In this document: positions 28,235 through 37,218 of the stretch, in pieces | Numbering within the stretch: the stretch's first letter is position 1 | Layout of the letters: each line of letters opens with the position of its first letter | NCBI GenBank assembly: GCA_039194325.1 | Contig: JBCCWC010000005.1 | Span: 1 to 64,000 of the forward strand | Length of the DNA: 64,000 nt | Direction: 5' to 3' | DNA from: Myxococcota bacterium | Lineage (GTDB): Bacteria; Myxococcota_A; Polyangia; Nannocystales; Nannocystaceae | The notes under the pieces: generated by a model | What the model was told of the DNA's origin: nothing | Seen by the model: only the letters and a program-made list of their open reading frames with translations | Database searches by the model: none | Translations under genes and position numbers: made by a program

Positions 28235-29881
28235 CTACTCGTTGAGCTGGTAGCGGAAGGCAGTGGATAGCGCGATGGCGACCATCAATTCCTGGATGTC
28301 TTGGCCCGATTCCGCGAAGGTGCCCCGGAGCTGCTCCAGCGTGCACGCGTCGGCCTCGGTATCCACGCGACGAACGCCATAGCGGAACCACTGCTTGGCC
28401 ATGCAATCGTGCACCTGGGGCGCCTTGGCGAGCGCCGTGGCCAGCTCCACGGCCCCGTCGAAGCTCTCCAGCCCTTCCACGCCCAAGACCTGGCCTTCGG
28501 TGGAGATCGTCTCTCCGTCGGGACCTTCGGGCCCGAAGATCCCGATCGGGTTGTACGCGTCCAGGCCGATCCCGATCGGGTCCATCTGGAGGTGGCAAAA
28601 GTTACAGTTGGGGTCTTCGAGGCGACTGGGATCGTTGGGCTCGTTGCTGCCGACGTTCATTGGCGGCGGTGGCAGCACGTGGCAGAGCATCTTCTCGCGG
28701 ACGAACTTGCCCCGGTGAGCCCAGGAGTTCTCGCCGGCGTGGGCGGTGCTGGTCAGGAAGCTCGCGTGAGTCAGAAGACCCGCCCGCTCGTCGGCCGGCA
28801 GCGGCACCACTGCCCAATCCTCGTCGGGAGCAGGCACCCCGTAGTGCTCCGCCAGCGTGGCGTCGGCCACCGTCCAGGGCGCCGTCAGCAAGGTCTGCAG
28901 CGTGCCGTCGCCGTGGCGGACCACCTGGTCGACGAAGCGCAGGGTCTCCTGCTCCATGCTCTGTCCCAAGCTCTCGTTCCACGCGGGGAACAGCGTCGGA
29001 TCCTTGACCTTCTCGGGCAGCCCCTGAATGTGCAGCCATTGCCGGTGAAAGCTCGTGATGGTGGCTGCGGCTCGCTCGTCGGCGAGCAGCCGTCGGATCT
29101 GCTGCTCGACCTGCTCGGGCTGCGTAAGCTCGCCTGCCTCCGCCGCATCGAGCAGCTCGTCGTCGGGCATCGACGCCCATGCAAAGTACGAGAGCCGCGA
29201 GGCCAAGGCGAAGCGGGAGACCGGCTGCACCCCCGGCTCGTCTGCCGGCTCCACGTGATAAAGGAAGTATGGCGACAGCAGCATCGCCTGGATGACCATC
29301 GCGACCCCCTCGGTCGGGCCCCACTCGGCCGTGGCATCCTCGTAGAGCTCGAGGTAGTCCGCCTGCTCGGTCGTGCTCAGCGGGCGTCGAAACGCCCGCC
29401 GGCCGAAGCCCTCCACGAAGCTCTCCACGCAGCCCGGGCCGCTCGCGTCGCAGCCCACCAACCGCTCCCAGCGCTCGTCGACCGCCGAGTGGGCCAGTTC
29501 CTCGGCCGCCGCCACGTACTCGTCGAGCTGAGACTTGTCGAGCTTGCCGACCGAGTTGGCCGCGAACCCGCCGACCTCCTCGTCGGGCTGAAAGCCCTCA
29601 GCCAGCCGCGAGTCGTCGTGCAGAAGATCGCGGATCGTATTGTCGTACTCTAGCCCAGTCAGGCGACGCATGGGCGCAGCCGAGACCCCAGGACCGCCGT
29701 CACACGTGACCTCCTCGCCCGCCGTGGGCTCGGTAGGCTCCGCGGGCGCATCGTCGCTTGCCCCGCTCGCAGCACCTGGCCCGGCCGTCTCGCCGGGATC
29801 GAAATCCTGCATCCCAGAGTAACAACCGCTGAGCGCGAGCATTGCGCATAGCGTCGCCGCGGGTGGTGTCCGATTCGCCAT
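28235..29881 (-). CDS. DUF1587/1595/1592/1588/1585 domain lipoprotein
   Basis: 'RRLTGLEYDNTIRDLL', 'FGRRAFRRPL', 'LASRLSYF.W.SMPDDELL', 'RAGLLT', CxxCH ('CNFCH'); lipobox 'ALSGC'. Confidence 0.9.
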   Translation of the reverse strand: MANRTPPAATLCAMLALSGCYSGMQDFDPGETAGPGAASGASDDAPAEPTEPTAGEEVTCDGGPGVSAAPMRRLTGLEYDNTIRDLLHDDSRLAEGFQPDEEVGGFAANSVGKLDKSQLDEYVAAAEELAHSAVDERWERLVGCDASGPGCVESFVEGFGRRAFRRPLSTTEQADYLELYEDATAEWGPTEGVAMVIQAMLLSPYFLYHVEPADEPGVQPVSRFALASRLSYFAWASMPDDELLDAAEAGELTQPEQVEQQIRRLLADERAAATITSFHRQWLHIQGLPEKVKDPTLFPAWNESLGQSMEQETLRFVDQVVRHGDGTLQTLLTAPWTVADATLAEHYGVPAPDEDWAVVPLPADERAGLLTHASFLTSTAHAGENSWAHRGKFVREKMLCHVLPPPPMNVGSNEPNDPSRLEDPNCNFCHLQMDPIGIGLDAYNPIGIFGPEGPDGETISTEGQVLGVEGLESFDGAVELATALAKAPQVHDCMAKQWFRYGVRRVDTEADACTLEQLRGTFAESGQDIQELMVAIALSTAFRYQLNE

Positions 29882-29925
29882 CGGCCCCGGAGTTGCACCA
29901 CCGCGTCGCTCGTCTGCACCGATCT

Positions 29926-29963
29926 GAAGAAAGTTCTGGAAGAAAGTTCTCAGCGGAAGTTGT
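29926..29963. promoter_or_regulatory. 13-bp-period direct repeats (gaagaaagttct x2 plus a degenerate third) in a divergent intergenic region
   Basis: AAGTT cores at 29931, 29944 and 29957. Confidence 0.5.
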
Positions 29964-29980
29964 TACCATGCGTAGTATCG

Positions 29981-31735
29981 ATGCGTGGAATCGGGGTGAT
30001 CAGCGCCGTAGGTTTACTCGCAGCCTGCATCCCCGCGGGCGATTTTGCCTGCGAGCAGAGCATGCAGTGCTCCCGCTTCGCGGAAGGCATGTGCCAAGCC
30101 GACGGACGCTGTAGCTACCCCGACGAACGCTGCCCTTCCGGTCAACGCTACAGCGATCTGGCGGGGCCGGTCGCCAGCACCTGCGTGCCCCTTCCCGATG
30201 CGGGCGACTCGGAGGACTCCACGGGGCCGCCCCCCAACTCCTGCGAGGGGATCGATTGCGACGGCCGGGGCACCTGCGTGGTCGTCGACGAGGTGGCCAC
30301 CTGCGCCTGTGAGGCCGGCCTCTACTCGGTGGGCGTGCGCTGCCTGGACGATCCTTGTGAGTCTGTGATGTGTCGCTTCGTCGACGCCGATCTGGGCGAC
30401 GACGAGGCAGACGGTAGCCGGCAAACGCCCTGGCGAACGATCGAGCGACTCGAGCAGGCTCTGACCAATGCGGATCCCGGCGACCACTTCCTGCTCCGCC
30501 GCGGCCAGCAATGGTCCAGTGCGCTCGAGGTCGAGGGCGTGATGGGTGGCGTCGATAGGCCCGTGGTGATCGGCGCCTACGGCCCCCTGGACGAGCCCAA
30601 GCCGCGCCTATTCCCCGGGTCGGTGGGGGTCGGCAATGGCACCGAGCAGCTGGTGATCCGCGATCTGTGGATCGAAGACGATCCCACCGTGGTCGAGCCT
30701 CCCAACCGTCCCTGCGTGGGGATCGGCCAGAGCGTCCATGTGGTCATCGTGGGCAATACGGTCGCGGGCTGCGTCAACCGGGGGATCCGCGTGGGCAATA
30801 ACGCGACCTTCACCGTCATTGCCGACAACACGGTCAAAGATCTCTCGCAAAGGGCCGGGATCTTCGTTGCCGATGCCCCCTGGGCCGATCCACCTCAGAC
30901 GATCGGGCCTCACCACTGGATCATCGACAACGTCGTCACCGGGATCCCCGAGAACGGGATCACCGTCGAAGCGGTAGATCCAAGCGGCGACATCAAGGTC
31001 GTCGGCAACACGATAGCCGACGTCACCCGAATCGGCCTCGCCGTCGAAGCGGCTGGCTGGGTCTGGGCCGTGGGCAACGTGATCGTCCGAGCCGGCGACG
31101 ATGCAACCGACATCAGCGGAGGCCTCCGCATGATCGCCGACGGGCCGGTCACCGGCAACGTGCTGCTGCACAACCGCTACGGCCTCGAGGTGCGCAACAC
31201 CGGCGAGGTGCTCCACAACACCATCGTGCACGAGGGCAGCGCTCCGGCTGTGGTGGTCCCCGGGGGCGCACAGGGGCGTGTGCTCACCAACAACCTCGTG
31301 TTGGTGACCGGAGGCAGCGACCGCCCGTGGGTTCAGCTCCCGGGCAGCGACCCGATGGACGACGTCGCCACCATGGATCTCAACTGGTACGCCACCGAGG
31401 GGGAGCCCTGCGTACTGGAGGCGCTGGACATGGCGCTGGACCTGGCCGGTTTCGTCGAAGCGACCGGCTTCGACGCGGGCTCGCAGTGTGACCCGGTTCC
31501 CGGCTTTGGGGCGGTACCCACCGGCCTCGACCCCTCGGAATGGGACGGCGCCTTTTGGCAGAGCCTACAGCCCGATGCCCGCTGGTCTCGCTGTAGCAAC
31601 CCGGCGGGCGCACGAGACTGCAACGGCGAGCCACTCGAGGGCCAGCTCCAACCGATCGACGGCTACTTCGAGAACGATGGCCTGGGTTGGGAAGGCCCTT
31701 TGCTGGTTCGTCAGCGCTATGGGCCGGGCGCATGA
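29981..31735 (+). CDS. Lipoprotein with Cys-rich/EGF-like N-terminus and right-handed beta-helix
   Basis: Lipobox 'LLAAC'; EGF-like 'CEGIDCDGRGTCVVVDEVATCACEAG'; 'DGSRQTPWRTI'; repeated 'GNTV/DNTV/GNTI/GNVI' coils. Confidence 0.8.
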   Translation: MRGIGVISAVGLLAACIPAGDFACEQSMQCSRFAEGMCQADGRCSYPDERCPSGQRYSDLAGPVASTCVPLPDAGDSEDSTGPPPNSCEGIDCDGRGTCVVVDEVATCACEAGLYSVGVRCLDDPCESVMCRFVDADLGDDEADGSRQTPWRTIERLEQALTNADPGDHFLLRRGQQWSSALEVEGVMGGVDRPVVIGAYGPLDEPKPRLFPGSVGVGNGTEQLVIRDLWIEDDPTVVEPPNRPCVGIGQSVHVVIVGNTVAGCVNRGIRVGNNATFTVIADNTVKDLSQRAGIFVADAPWADPPQTIGPHHWIIDNVVTGIPENGITVEAVDPSGDIKVVGNTIADVTRIGLAVEAAGWVWAVGNVIVRAGDDATDISGGLRMIADGPVTGNVLLHNRYGLEVRNTGEVLHNTIVHEGSAPAVVVPGGAQGRVLTNNLVLVTGGSDRPWVQLPGSDPMDDVATMDLNWYATEGEPCVLEALDMALDLAGFVEATGFDAGSQCDPVPGFGAVPTGLDPSEWDGAFWQSLQPDARWSRCSNPAGARDCNGEPLEGQLQPIDGYFENDGLGWEGPLLVRQRYGPGA

Positions 31736-31744
31736 GCGCGGGAT

Positions 31745-32746
31745 CTACTCGCAGCCGATCCGGAAGGACGCCAGCGCCAGCGCATCCCAGTAGATGTCGT
31801 AATTGTCGGCCTGTGGCGCGCCCTGGTACGTGCGCCAGCCGATCTCGAATTCTTCGAAGATCGGGGCGACCCACGGCTGCTCCTCGGAGTCGGCGGTCAC
31901 CGTCATCTCCATGACCTCCTCGCCGTTCATCCAGTAGCGCATGCCGTTTTGGGAGCCGTCGTACTCCCACTCGATGCAGGTCCACTCCTCCAGGGGGACG
32001 TCGTAGCCGTGCTTGCGCAGCCCGCCGTGCTGCTCGACCGTGGGGTTGTGCACATAGCGGCTGTTGAAGTTGCCCCCGTTGCTGTCGAGGCGATAGTGGG
32101 CCCGCGCCCCGTCCAGATCGCCCCGGGCCGCGATCGCGTCGCAGTGAGTCTCGGGCACCGCCGGGCCCAGGTAGAACCATGCGCGCCCGTAGAAATGGTT
32201 GTCGGGCACCGGGAACACGGTGTCCTCGTGGGTGCGGATCGACCCCCGCGCTCCGTCGGCCGAGGGCAGCTGGACCCGCAGTGCGCCAGATCCGTGATAG
32301 GCGAAGGTGCCGTCGACCGACACCTCTGCTCCGTTGTTCTCGGTGATCTCCCATAGAGATCCATCGATCGCGCCGTCCTCGAAGTCGTCGCACAGCAGCA
32401 GATCGTCGCGCCCCTCGCAGCCCAAGCCGGACTCCGGCGGCGGCTCCCCCGTGCTGCTGTCGTCCTCGGGCTCCGGCAGTGGCTCCCCCGTGCTGCTGCC
32501 GCCGTCATCGCTCGTGCCCGTGTCCTCCCCGGGCTCTGGCTCCGGCGGGGGAAGCTCGCCCTCCGGTTCCCCCGTGTCGCTCGGCTGGCCCGATCCGCCC
32601 CCGGCGGGTGGAAGCTCGTCCTCCGGCTCGGAAACGTTGGTGCACCCCACGGCCCACAGCAGGGCCAACACGCTCGTCATCGTCCGCACGACCCTCAGTT
32701 GCACGAGCCGCTCGCTCGTCTGCACCAAAGATCGATCAGTGATCAA
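31745..32746 (-). CDS. Lipoprotein with Cip1-like / lectin-polysaccharide-lyase-like beta-sandwich
   Basis: Lipobox 'WAVGC'; 'LLCDDFEDG', 'HFYGRAWFY', 'WTCIEWEYDG', terminal 'RIGCE'. Start is either TTG 32746 (overlapping the upstream stop) or ATG 32680. Confidence 0.7.
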   Translation of the reverse strand: MITDRSLVQTSERLVQLRVVRTMTSVLALLWAVGCTNVSEPEDELPPAGGGSGQPSDTGEPEGELPPPEPEPGEDTGTSDDGGSSTGEPLPEPEDDSSTGEPPPESGLGCEGRDDLLLCDDFEDGAIDGSLWEITENNGAEVSVDGTFAYHGSGALRVQLPSADGARGSIRTHEDTVFPVPDNHFYGRAWFYLGPAVPETHCDAIAARGDLDGARAHYRLDSNGGNFNSRYVHNPTVEQHGGLRKHGYDVPLEEWTCIEWEYDGSQNGMRYWMNGEEVMEMTVTADSEEQPWVAPIFEEFEIGWRTYQGAPQADNYDIYWDALALASFRIGCE

Positions 32747-33630
32747 AAAGATCCGCGCACGTGGACCGCGAGCCCCGAGCCGGGCAACGGGGCCAGACCG
32801 ACCCGCTGCCGACGGTACGTGCGGTCGACCAGCACATAGCGGATCACCGCGCCGACGATCTGCGCGCCTCCCGCCGCAAATGACACGATCGCGACGGTGC
32901 GTAGCGTCCGGGCCCGAGACCGCGCGTCGGCGTAGGCGGTCTCGTCACCCGCCCGATCGGCCGAGCGCAGCGCCTGGCTCGATAGCGCCCACGTTGTGCC
33001 GCCTACGCCCGCTCCGATCGCGAGCCCCATGCCCAGCAGTACGCCCCCCGCGACATCGCGATACCAGGGCGGCGACAAGGGCTGATCGTTGTCCGAAGGG
33101 TCGGGCTCCACGGGCATCACCACCGGGTCCGGCCCTGCGCTCGCGCCCTCGGCCGAGGATCCCTGCTCGGCCTCCAGGTGCTCCTCGCATAGCGTGATCC
33201 CCTGCCGGGTCCCATCGACCAGCACCGCGTAGGTGGGATCGTCTTTGACCCGCGCCAGCACGCGCGCATAGAGGATTAGCGCCTCGCGACAGTGATCGAG
33301 TCGGCGCTCGGCGAGGGCCTGGGCATAGAGGTGCCGGGGATCGCCCGTTAGTGCATATGCACGAGCCGCCAGATCCGACACCGCCTCGAAGCGCCCCTGT
33401 GCGAATGCCTCCTCGGCCTGGCGGGCCAGCTCCATCGGGTCCTCGGGCTCGATGGCTGGCTCATCGGGCTCGACGGTGGAGCGTTCCTCCGGCGGCGCGG
33501 GCTCGTTGGGGACCGCAGGCTCGCCCGGAGCTTGGGACTCGGATCCGACCAACGCGACGAGCGCGAGCGCGAGGGGAGCCGGACTCATGCACGCGCATGC
33601 TAGCAGGCTCGCCCCTGTTGCCCGGGTCAT
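32743..33630 (-). CDS. Secreted/membrane TPR-like protein
   Basis: Signal-like N-terminus, TPR helices 'ARAYALTGDPRHLYAQALAERRLDHCREA', two C-terminal hydrophobic segments. Confidence 0.7.
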   Translation of the reverse strand: MTRATGASLLACACMSPAPLALALVALVGSESQAPGEPAVPNEPAPPEERSTVEPDEPAIEPEDPMELARQAEEAFAQGRFEAVSDLAARAYALTGDPRHLYAQALAERRLDHCREALILYARVLARVKDDPTYAVLVDGTRQGITLCEEHLEAEQGSSAEGASAGPDPVVMPVEPDPSDNDQPLSPPWYRDVAGGVLLGMGLAIGAGVGGTTWALSSQALRSADRAGDETAYADARSRARTLRTVAIVSFAAGGAQIVGAVIRYVLVDRTYRRQRVGLAPLPGSGLAVHVRGSF

Positions 33631-33687
33631 GCCCTCGTCACTCGGAGCGCTGCGAACCTCCGTCGTCGACCGCGACGCAGCGGGCGC

Positions 33688-35340
33688 CTACCGACCGACG
33701 GGATAGAGCACGTCCGGATCGACCGGGGACGGGCTCGACCGGGGTGGACGCTTTTTCTTCTTCTTGCCGCCGCGATGGACCTTACGGGGTGTCGACTTGG
33801 TCACCGGCGGATCAGCGGTCTGCGTAGAGCCCTCCGCTCCGGATTCGGGCTCGGGCTCAGGCTCAGGCTCGGGCTCGGGTTTGGACTCGGCCATGTCGAC
33901 CGCTTCGGCCACGTCTGTGGGTGCGGGAGCCGAGGGCGATTGCTCATCGACTGCCGACGGAGCTTCGGTAGAGCTCCAGACCCCGTAGCCGACCGCCGAA
34001 GCGCCGATCACCACAGACGCTCCCAGCACGGCCAGCCACCGGCCTCGGCGCGGGCTCGGTCGTGATGCAGACGCGAGCGCTGGCATGGGCACTACCGTTA
34101 CCGCCGCTGAGCCCCCCGCCACCTCCGTACTCGGAGTGACCGGCTCGGCCCGCGTGAGCGCCTCTGGATCTGCCGAGTTCCCTCCATCCACCAGGATTAG
34201 CGTGGGGATCGTATCGAGCGGGTCCTCTGGATCATCTGGACGATCGCGCCCGGCGGGTACCTGCTCCACCCGAGGAAACGGAGGTCGTCCGAAGATATCG
34301 CTCATCCAGTCGGCCACCACCGCCGAGGAACACAGCAAGTGCTCTTGGTGAGCGAATGCCTCCACCTCGCGAAGCAATACCTCGGCCGTGGGATGTCGCT
34401 GTGCCGGCTCGCGCGCCAGCGCCCGCAGCACGATCTGCTCGAGCGCCGGCGGATAGCCGGGCACGCGTTGCGAGGGCCGTTCGAAGCGTCCGTGCACGAC
34501 CTTGTTGAGCACCGCGAAATCGCTGTCGGCGTAGAACAAGCGCTCGGTCGTGGTCAGCTCATAAAGCAAGATCCCCAGCGCGAACACGTCGCTGCGGCGA
34601 TCGATCGCGTCCCCCCGGCACTGCTCGGGCGACATGTAGCCGATCTTTCCCTTCATGGCCCCGCCGATCGTCTCGGCCGAGCGAGCGCTGGCCTTGGCGA
34701 TCCCGAAGTCGGTCACCTTGATCCCGCCGTCGTAGCTGACCAGTACGTTGGAGGGCGAGACGTCGCGGTGCACCAACCCCAGCGGTTGCCCCTCGAGATC
34801 GGTGCGCTCGTGGGCGTGATGCAGTCCGCCGGCCGCCGCGGTCACCACTGTCAGCGCCACCGCCAGCGGCATGCCGCCGCGGTTGGCCGCCTCGACCAGC
34901 AACTCCCGGGCGTTGCGGCCGTGGACATACTCCATCACGTAGAAGTACTCGCCGTCGGCCTCGCCGATGTCCATCACCTGCACGAGGTTGGGGTGGTCGA
35001 GGTTGGCGGCCAGCCGAGCCTCGTTGGTGAACAGCTCAACGAACGACGGATCGGCGGCCAGGTGGGGCAGCACCCGCTTGAGCACCACCACCTTCTGAAA
35101 GCCCGCCACGCCCTCGGCACAGGCCAGGTGCAGCTCGGCCATGCCTCCGATCGCCAGCCGGCGCAGCAGGTGATAGCGACCAACCCGCGCCCCCGCAGCG
35201 AGCAGCTCGGCCTTGGCCGTGGTCCCCACTGGTGATGAATCTAGCAGGCCCCTCCAGTCGCCACCGCGCGGGATATGCGCCGGAGACGCGGTTTCGAGCA
35301 CTATGGGCTTCGCGAGATTTTTTGGGTCATCCGCAATCAA
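33688..35340 (-). CDS. Membrane Ser/Thr protein kinase
   Basis: LAIGGMAELH, VVLKR, HRDVSPSN, DFGIAK, KGKIGYMSPE; TM 'WLAVLGASVVIGASAVGYGVW'. True start probably somewhat downstream of 35340. Confidence 0.92.
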   Translation of the reverse strand: MIADDPKNLAKPIVLETASPAHIPRGGDWRGLLDSSPVGTTAKAELLAAGARVGRYHLLRRLAIGGMAELHLACAEGVAGFQKVVVLKRVLPHLAADPSFVELFTNEARLAANLDHPNLVQVMDIGEADGEYFYVMEYVHGRNARELLVEAANRGGMPLAVALTVVTAAAGGLHHAHERTDLEGQPLGLVHRDVSPSNVLVSYDGGIKVTDFGIAKASARSAETIGGAMKGKIGYMSPEQCRGDAIDRRSDVFALGILLYELTTTERLFYADSDFAVLNKVVHGRFERPSQRVPGYPPALEQIVLRALAREPAQRHPTAEVLLREVEAFAHQEHLLCSSAVVADWMSDIFGRPPFPRVEQVPAGRDRPDDPEDPLDTIPTLILVDGGNSADPEALTRAEPVTPSTEVAGGSAAVTVVPMPALASASRPSPRRGRWLAVLGASVVIGASAVGYGVWSSTEAPSAVDEQSPSAPAPTDVAEAVDMAESKPEPEPEPEPEPESGAEGSTQTADPPVTKSTPRKVHRGGKKKKKRPPRSSPSPVDPDVLYPVGR

Positions 35341-35509
35341 AACGTTGTGAGCGCCGACTCAAGGGTCACTCGAAGGATCCGGCATCAGCCCCGCCCATCG
35401 GGCCGGATGGTGAGCGTTCACGAAGCGCGGTGCTTCGCGAGCGATGCCGATGCCGATGCTGATGCTGAAGGATCCGCACACAACCGGGGCCACGGGAGCT
35501 CCGGACGAT

Positions 35510-35546
35510 GCTCGATCAAAGGCTCGATCAAAGGCTCGATCAAAGG
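35510..35546. repeat. 12-bp tandem repeat x3 (gctcgatcaaag) just upstream of the RBS of the WxxW gene; 6-bp gatgcc/gatgct array at about 35443-35466
   Basis: Read directly in the sequence. Confidence 0.9.
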
Positions 35547-35556
35547 AAAGTCGCGA

Positions 35557-36150
35557 ATGATGAAGAAGGTCGTGGGTGCTGTGATCCTGATGTCAGGGCT
35601 GACGCTGGCGTGTGATGTCGAAGACGCCGACCAAAAGGTGGAGTCGTGGGACGACGCGGTCGAGCTTGCCCGCTTCGCCGAGCCCGATGACGAGCAGGCA
35701 GAAGCCCTACTCGACACCTACTGGACGCCGCCGGCCGACGCCGCCTTCGGAGGCTCGACCATCGACTCACTGACGACCTCGTCGTCCGATGCGTGGTGGC
35801 TCGGGTTCTGGAGGAACTGGGACGACCGCGATAACCCGTCGGGCACTGGCGACTGGGAGGTCGCTTCACTGCATGCCGATCCTTGCCAGCCGGGGGAGGT
35901 GATCCTCGGCTTCGAATGCCGCACGGTCGGCACGCACATCCCCGCCGATTCCACCGGCGAGGACGTCAGCTGCTACTTCAATGGCCTGGTCTGCCGCCGC
36001 AGCGACCAACCCGACAAACAGTGCCTCGACTACGAGGTGCGGTTCCGGTGCTGCCAGCAGGCCGACCCGGCGGCGGTGTGCGGGCCCTGGGACTGCAACG
36101 GCTACGCCGACGATGGGTGCGGCGGGGTCGTGTTCTGCGGGCCGTGCTGA
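35557..36150 (+). CDS. Lipoprotein with Mucin2_WxxW (CysD)-like domain and C-terminal Cys-rich 'DGCGG...CGPC' motif
   Basis: Lipobox 'LTLAC'; 'WRNWDDRDNPSGTGDWE...C...ECRT...GEDVSC...GLVC...DQ...CLDYEVRFRC' follows the WxxW/CysD consensus pattern. Confidence 0.8.
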   Translation: MMKKVVGAVILMSGLTLACDVEDADQKVESWDDAVELARFAEPDDEQAEALLDTYWTPPADAAFGGSTIDSLTTSSSDAWWLGFWRNWDDRDNPSGTGDWEVASLHADPCQPGEVILGFECRTVGTHIPADSTGEDVSCYFNGLVCRRSDQPDKQCLDYEVRFRCCQQADPAAVCGPWDCNGYADDGCGGVVFCGPC

Positions 36151-36197
36151 CCGCTGTGGCTATCGCCAAACACTCCGCCTTTGACCGGGCGTTCGGC

Positions 36198-36704
36198 CTA
36201 TCCCCGAACGCCCGAAGGCTTCAACCCGCCCATCGCCCCTGCATCGATCACTCCAGCCGCGGATCGAGTGTCACGATCGTCTTGCTCGCCTCGGACCGCC
36301 GACGCCAGCCGCCGGACCTGATCACGACAGTGCATCCGCCAATGCTCGACCAGCTCGTCGCCCAGGTCCTCTTGCTGCTCGATCGCCCGAAGCCGGCGGC
36401 GCGACATCCCGCGCCGTCGTGCCTCTCGCTTCAGGACCCGAGCCCCACGCTCGATCCACCAGCCGATCGGCCACATCGAGACCAAGACGATGAACGCCAC
36501 CTCGACGATGGACCCGACGTCCACCACCGACGCGGTGCAGCCCACGAACAGCGACAGGGCCGCAACCAGCGCGTACCGCAAGCGAACCCGCTTGGTCCTG
36601 CGCCGCTCGGTGACCAGGGAGTCAGCCAGCCACAGCTCGAGCTGGGCGGCCTGCAGGGCCTGAACGGCGGACAGCGGGGCTTCGGGATCAGGACGATAGG
36701 CCAC
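36198..36704 (-). CDS. Hypothetical 2-TM membrane protein (family member A)
   Basis: GTG start 'MAYR'; clear paralogy to 40931-41476 (AAQxELWLA, LFVxCT, WWxER, REAxRRG, WRxxCR). Confidence 0.7.
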   Translation of the reverse strand: MAYRPDPEAPLSAVQALQAAQLELWLADSLVTERRRTKRVRLRYALVAALSLFVGCTASVVDVGSIVEVAFIVLVSMWPIGWWIERGARVLKREARRRGMSRRRLRAIEQQEDLGDELVEHWRMHCRDQVRRLASAVRGEQDDRDTRSAAGVIDAGAMGGLKPSGVRG

Positions 36705-36726
36705 GGATGTTGGACGGCACTACCAC

Positions 36727-36905
36727 CCTAGACCCCACGATCTTCCCGCCGTTACATCGCCTTTCCCAAGCCGAAGCCTCGCCCTGACGTTACAAACAGG
36801 GGTCACTGTCCCCCAACTCGACCTATCCCCGAATGCTCGAGGATCCCACCCCGCCCGCACCCCCTGCACGAACCACTCCTGCTGCGGGTCTCGCTGCTCA
36901 AGGTC
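36727..36905. repeat. Dispersed repeat of about 40838-41015 (intergenic spacer plus 3' end of gene B)
   Basis: Shared 'cacgatcttcccgccgttaca...tgacgttacaaacagggg...ccccaactcgacctatccccgaa...tgcacgaaccactcctgctgcgggtc'. Confidence 0.9.
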
Positions 36906-37088
36906 AGCTGCTACTTCAACGGCCTGGTCTGCCGCCGAAACGACCAACCTGACAATCAGTGCCTCGACTACGAGGTGCGGTTCCGGTGCTGCCAGCAAGC
37001 CGACCCGGCGGCGGTATGCGGGCCCTGGGACTGCAACGGCTACGCCGATGATGGGTGCGGCGGGGTCGTGTTCTGCGGGCCGTGCTGA
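36903..37088 (+). pseudogene. 3' fragment of a second WxxW-lipoprotein gene (copy of 35965-36150)
   Basis: 186-nt copy with 8 substitutions (6 synonymous, 2 non-synonymous by my count). No start; fused at 'GTC' to the gene-B remnant. Confidence 0.85.
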
Positions 37089-37218
37089 GCCGATGAAGAT
37101 CTCGAAGCCGCCTGGACCAACCCAACTTTTTTCCCTCGATCTCTGGCGCACGAGTCACACATCTCTGAGGGCCACAACGACGCAAGGGATACAGACAGCT
37201 CATCTTCGCTAGCCCAGT

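Noticed and set aside
35965..37088. Diversity-generating retroelement TR/VR pair (WxxW 3' end and its copy)
   Set aside because: Differences are not confined to adenines in either copy, 6 of 8 are synonymous, and no reverse transcriptase is in the window.
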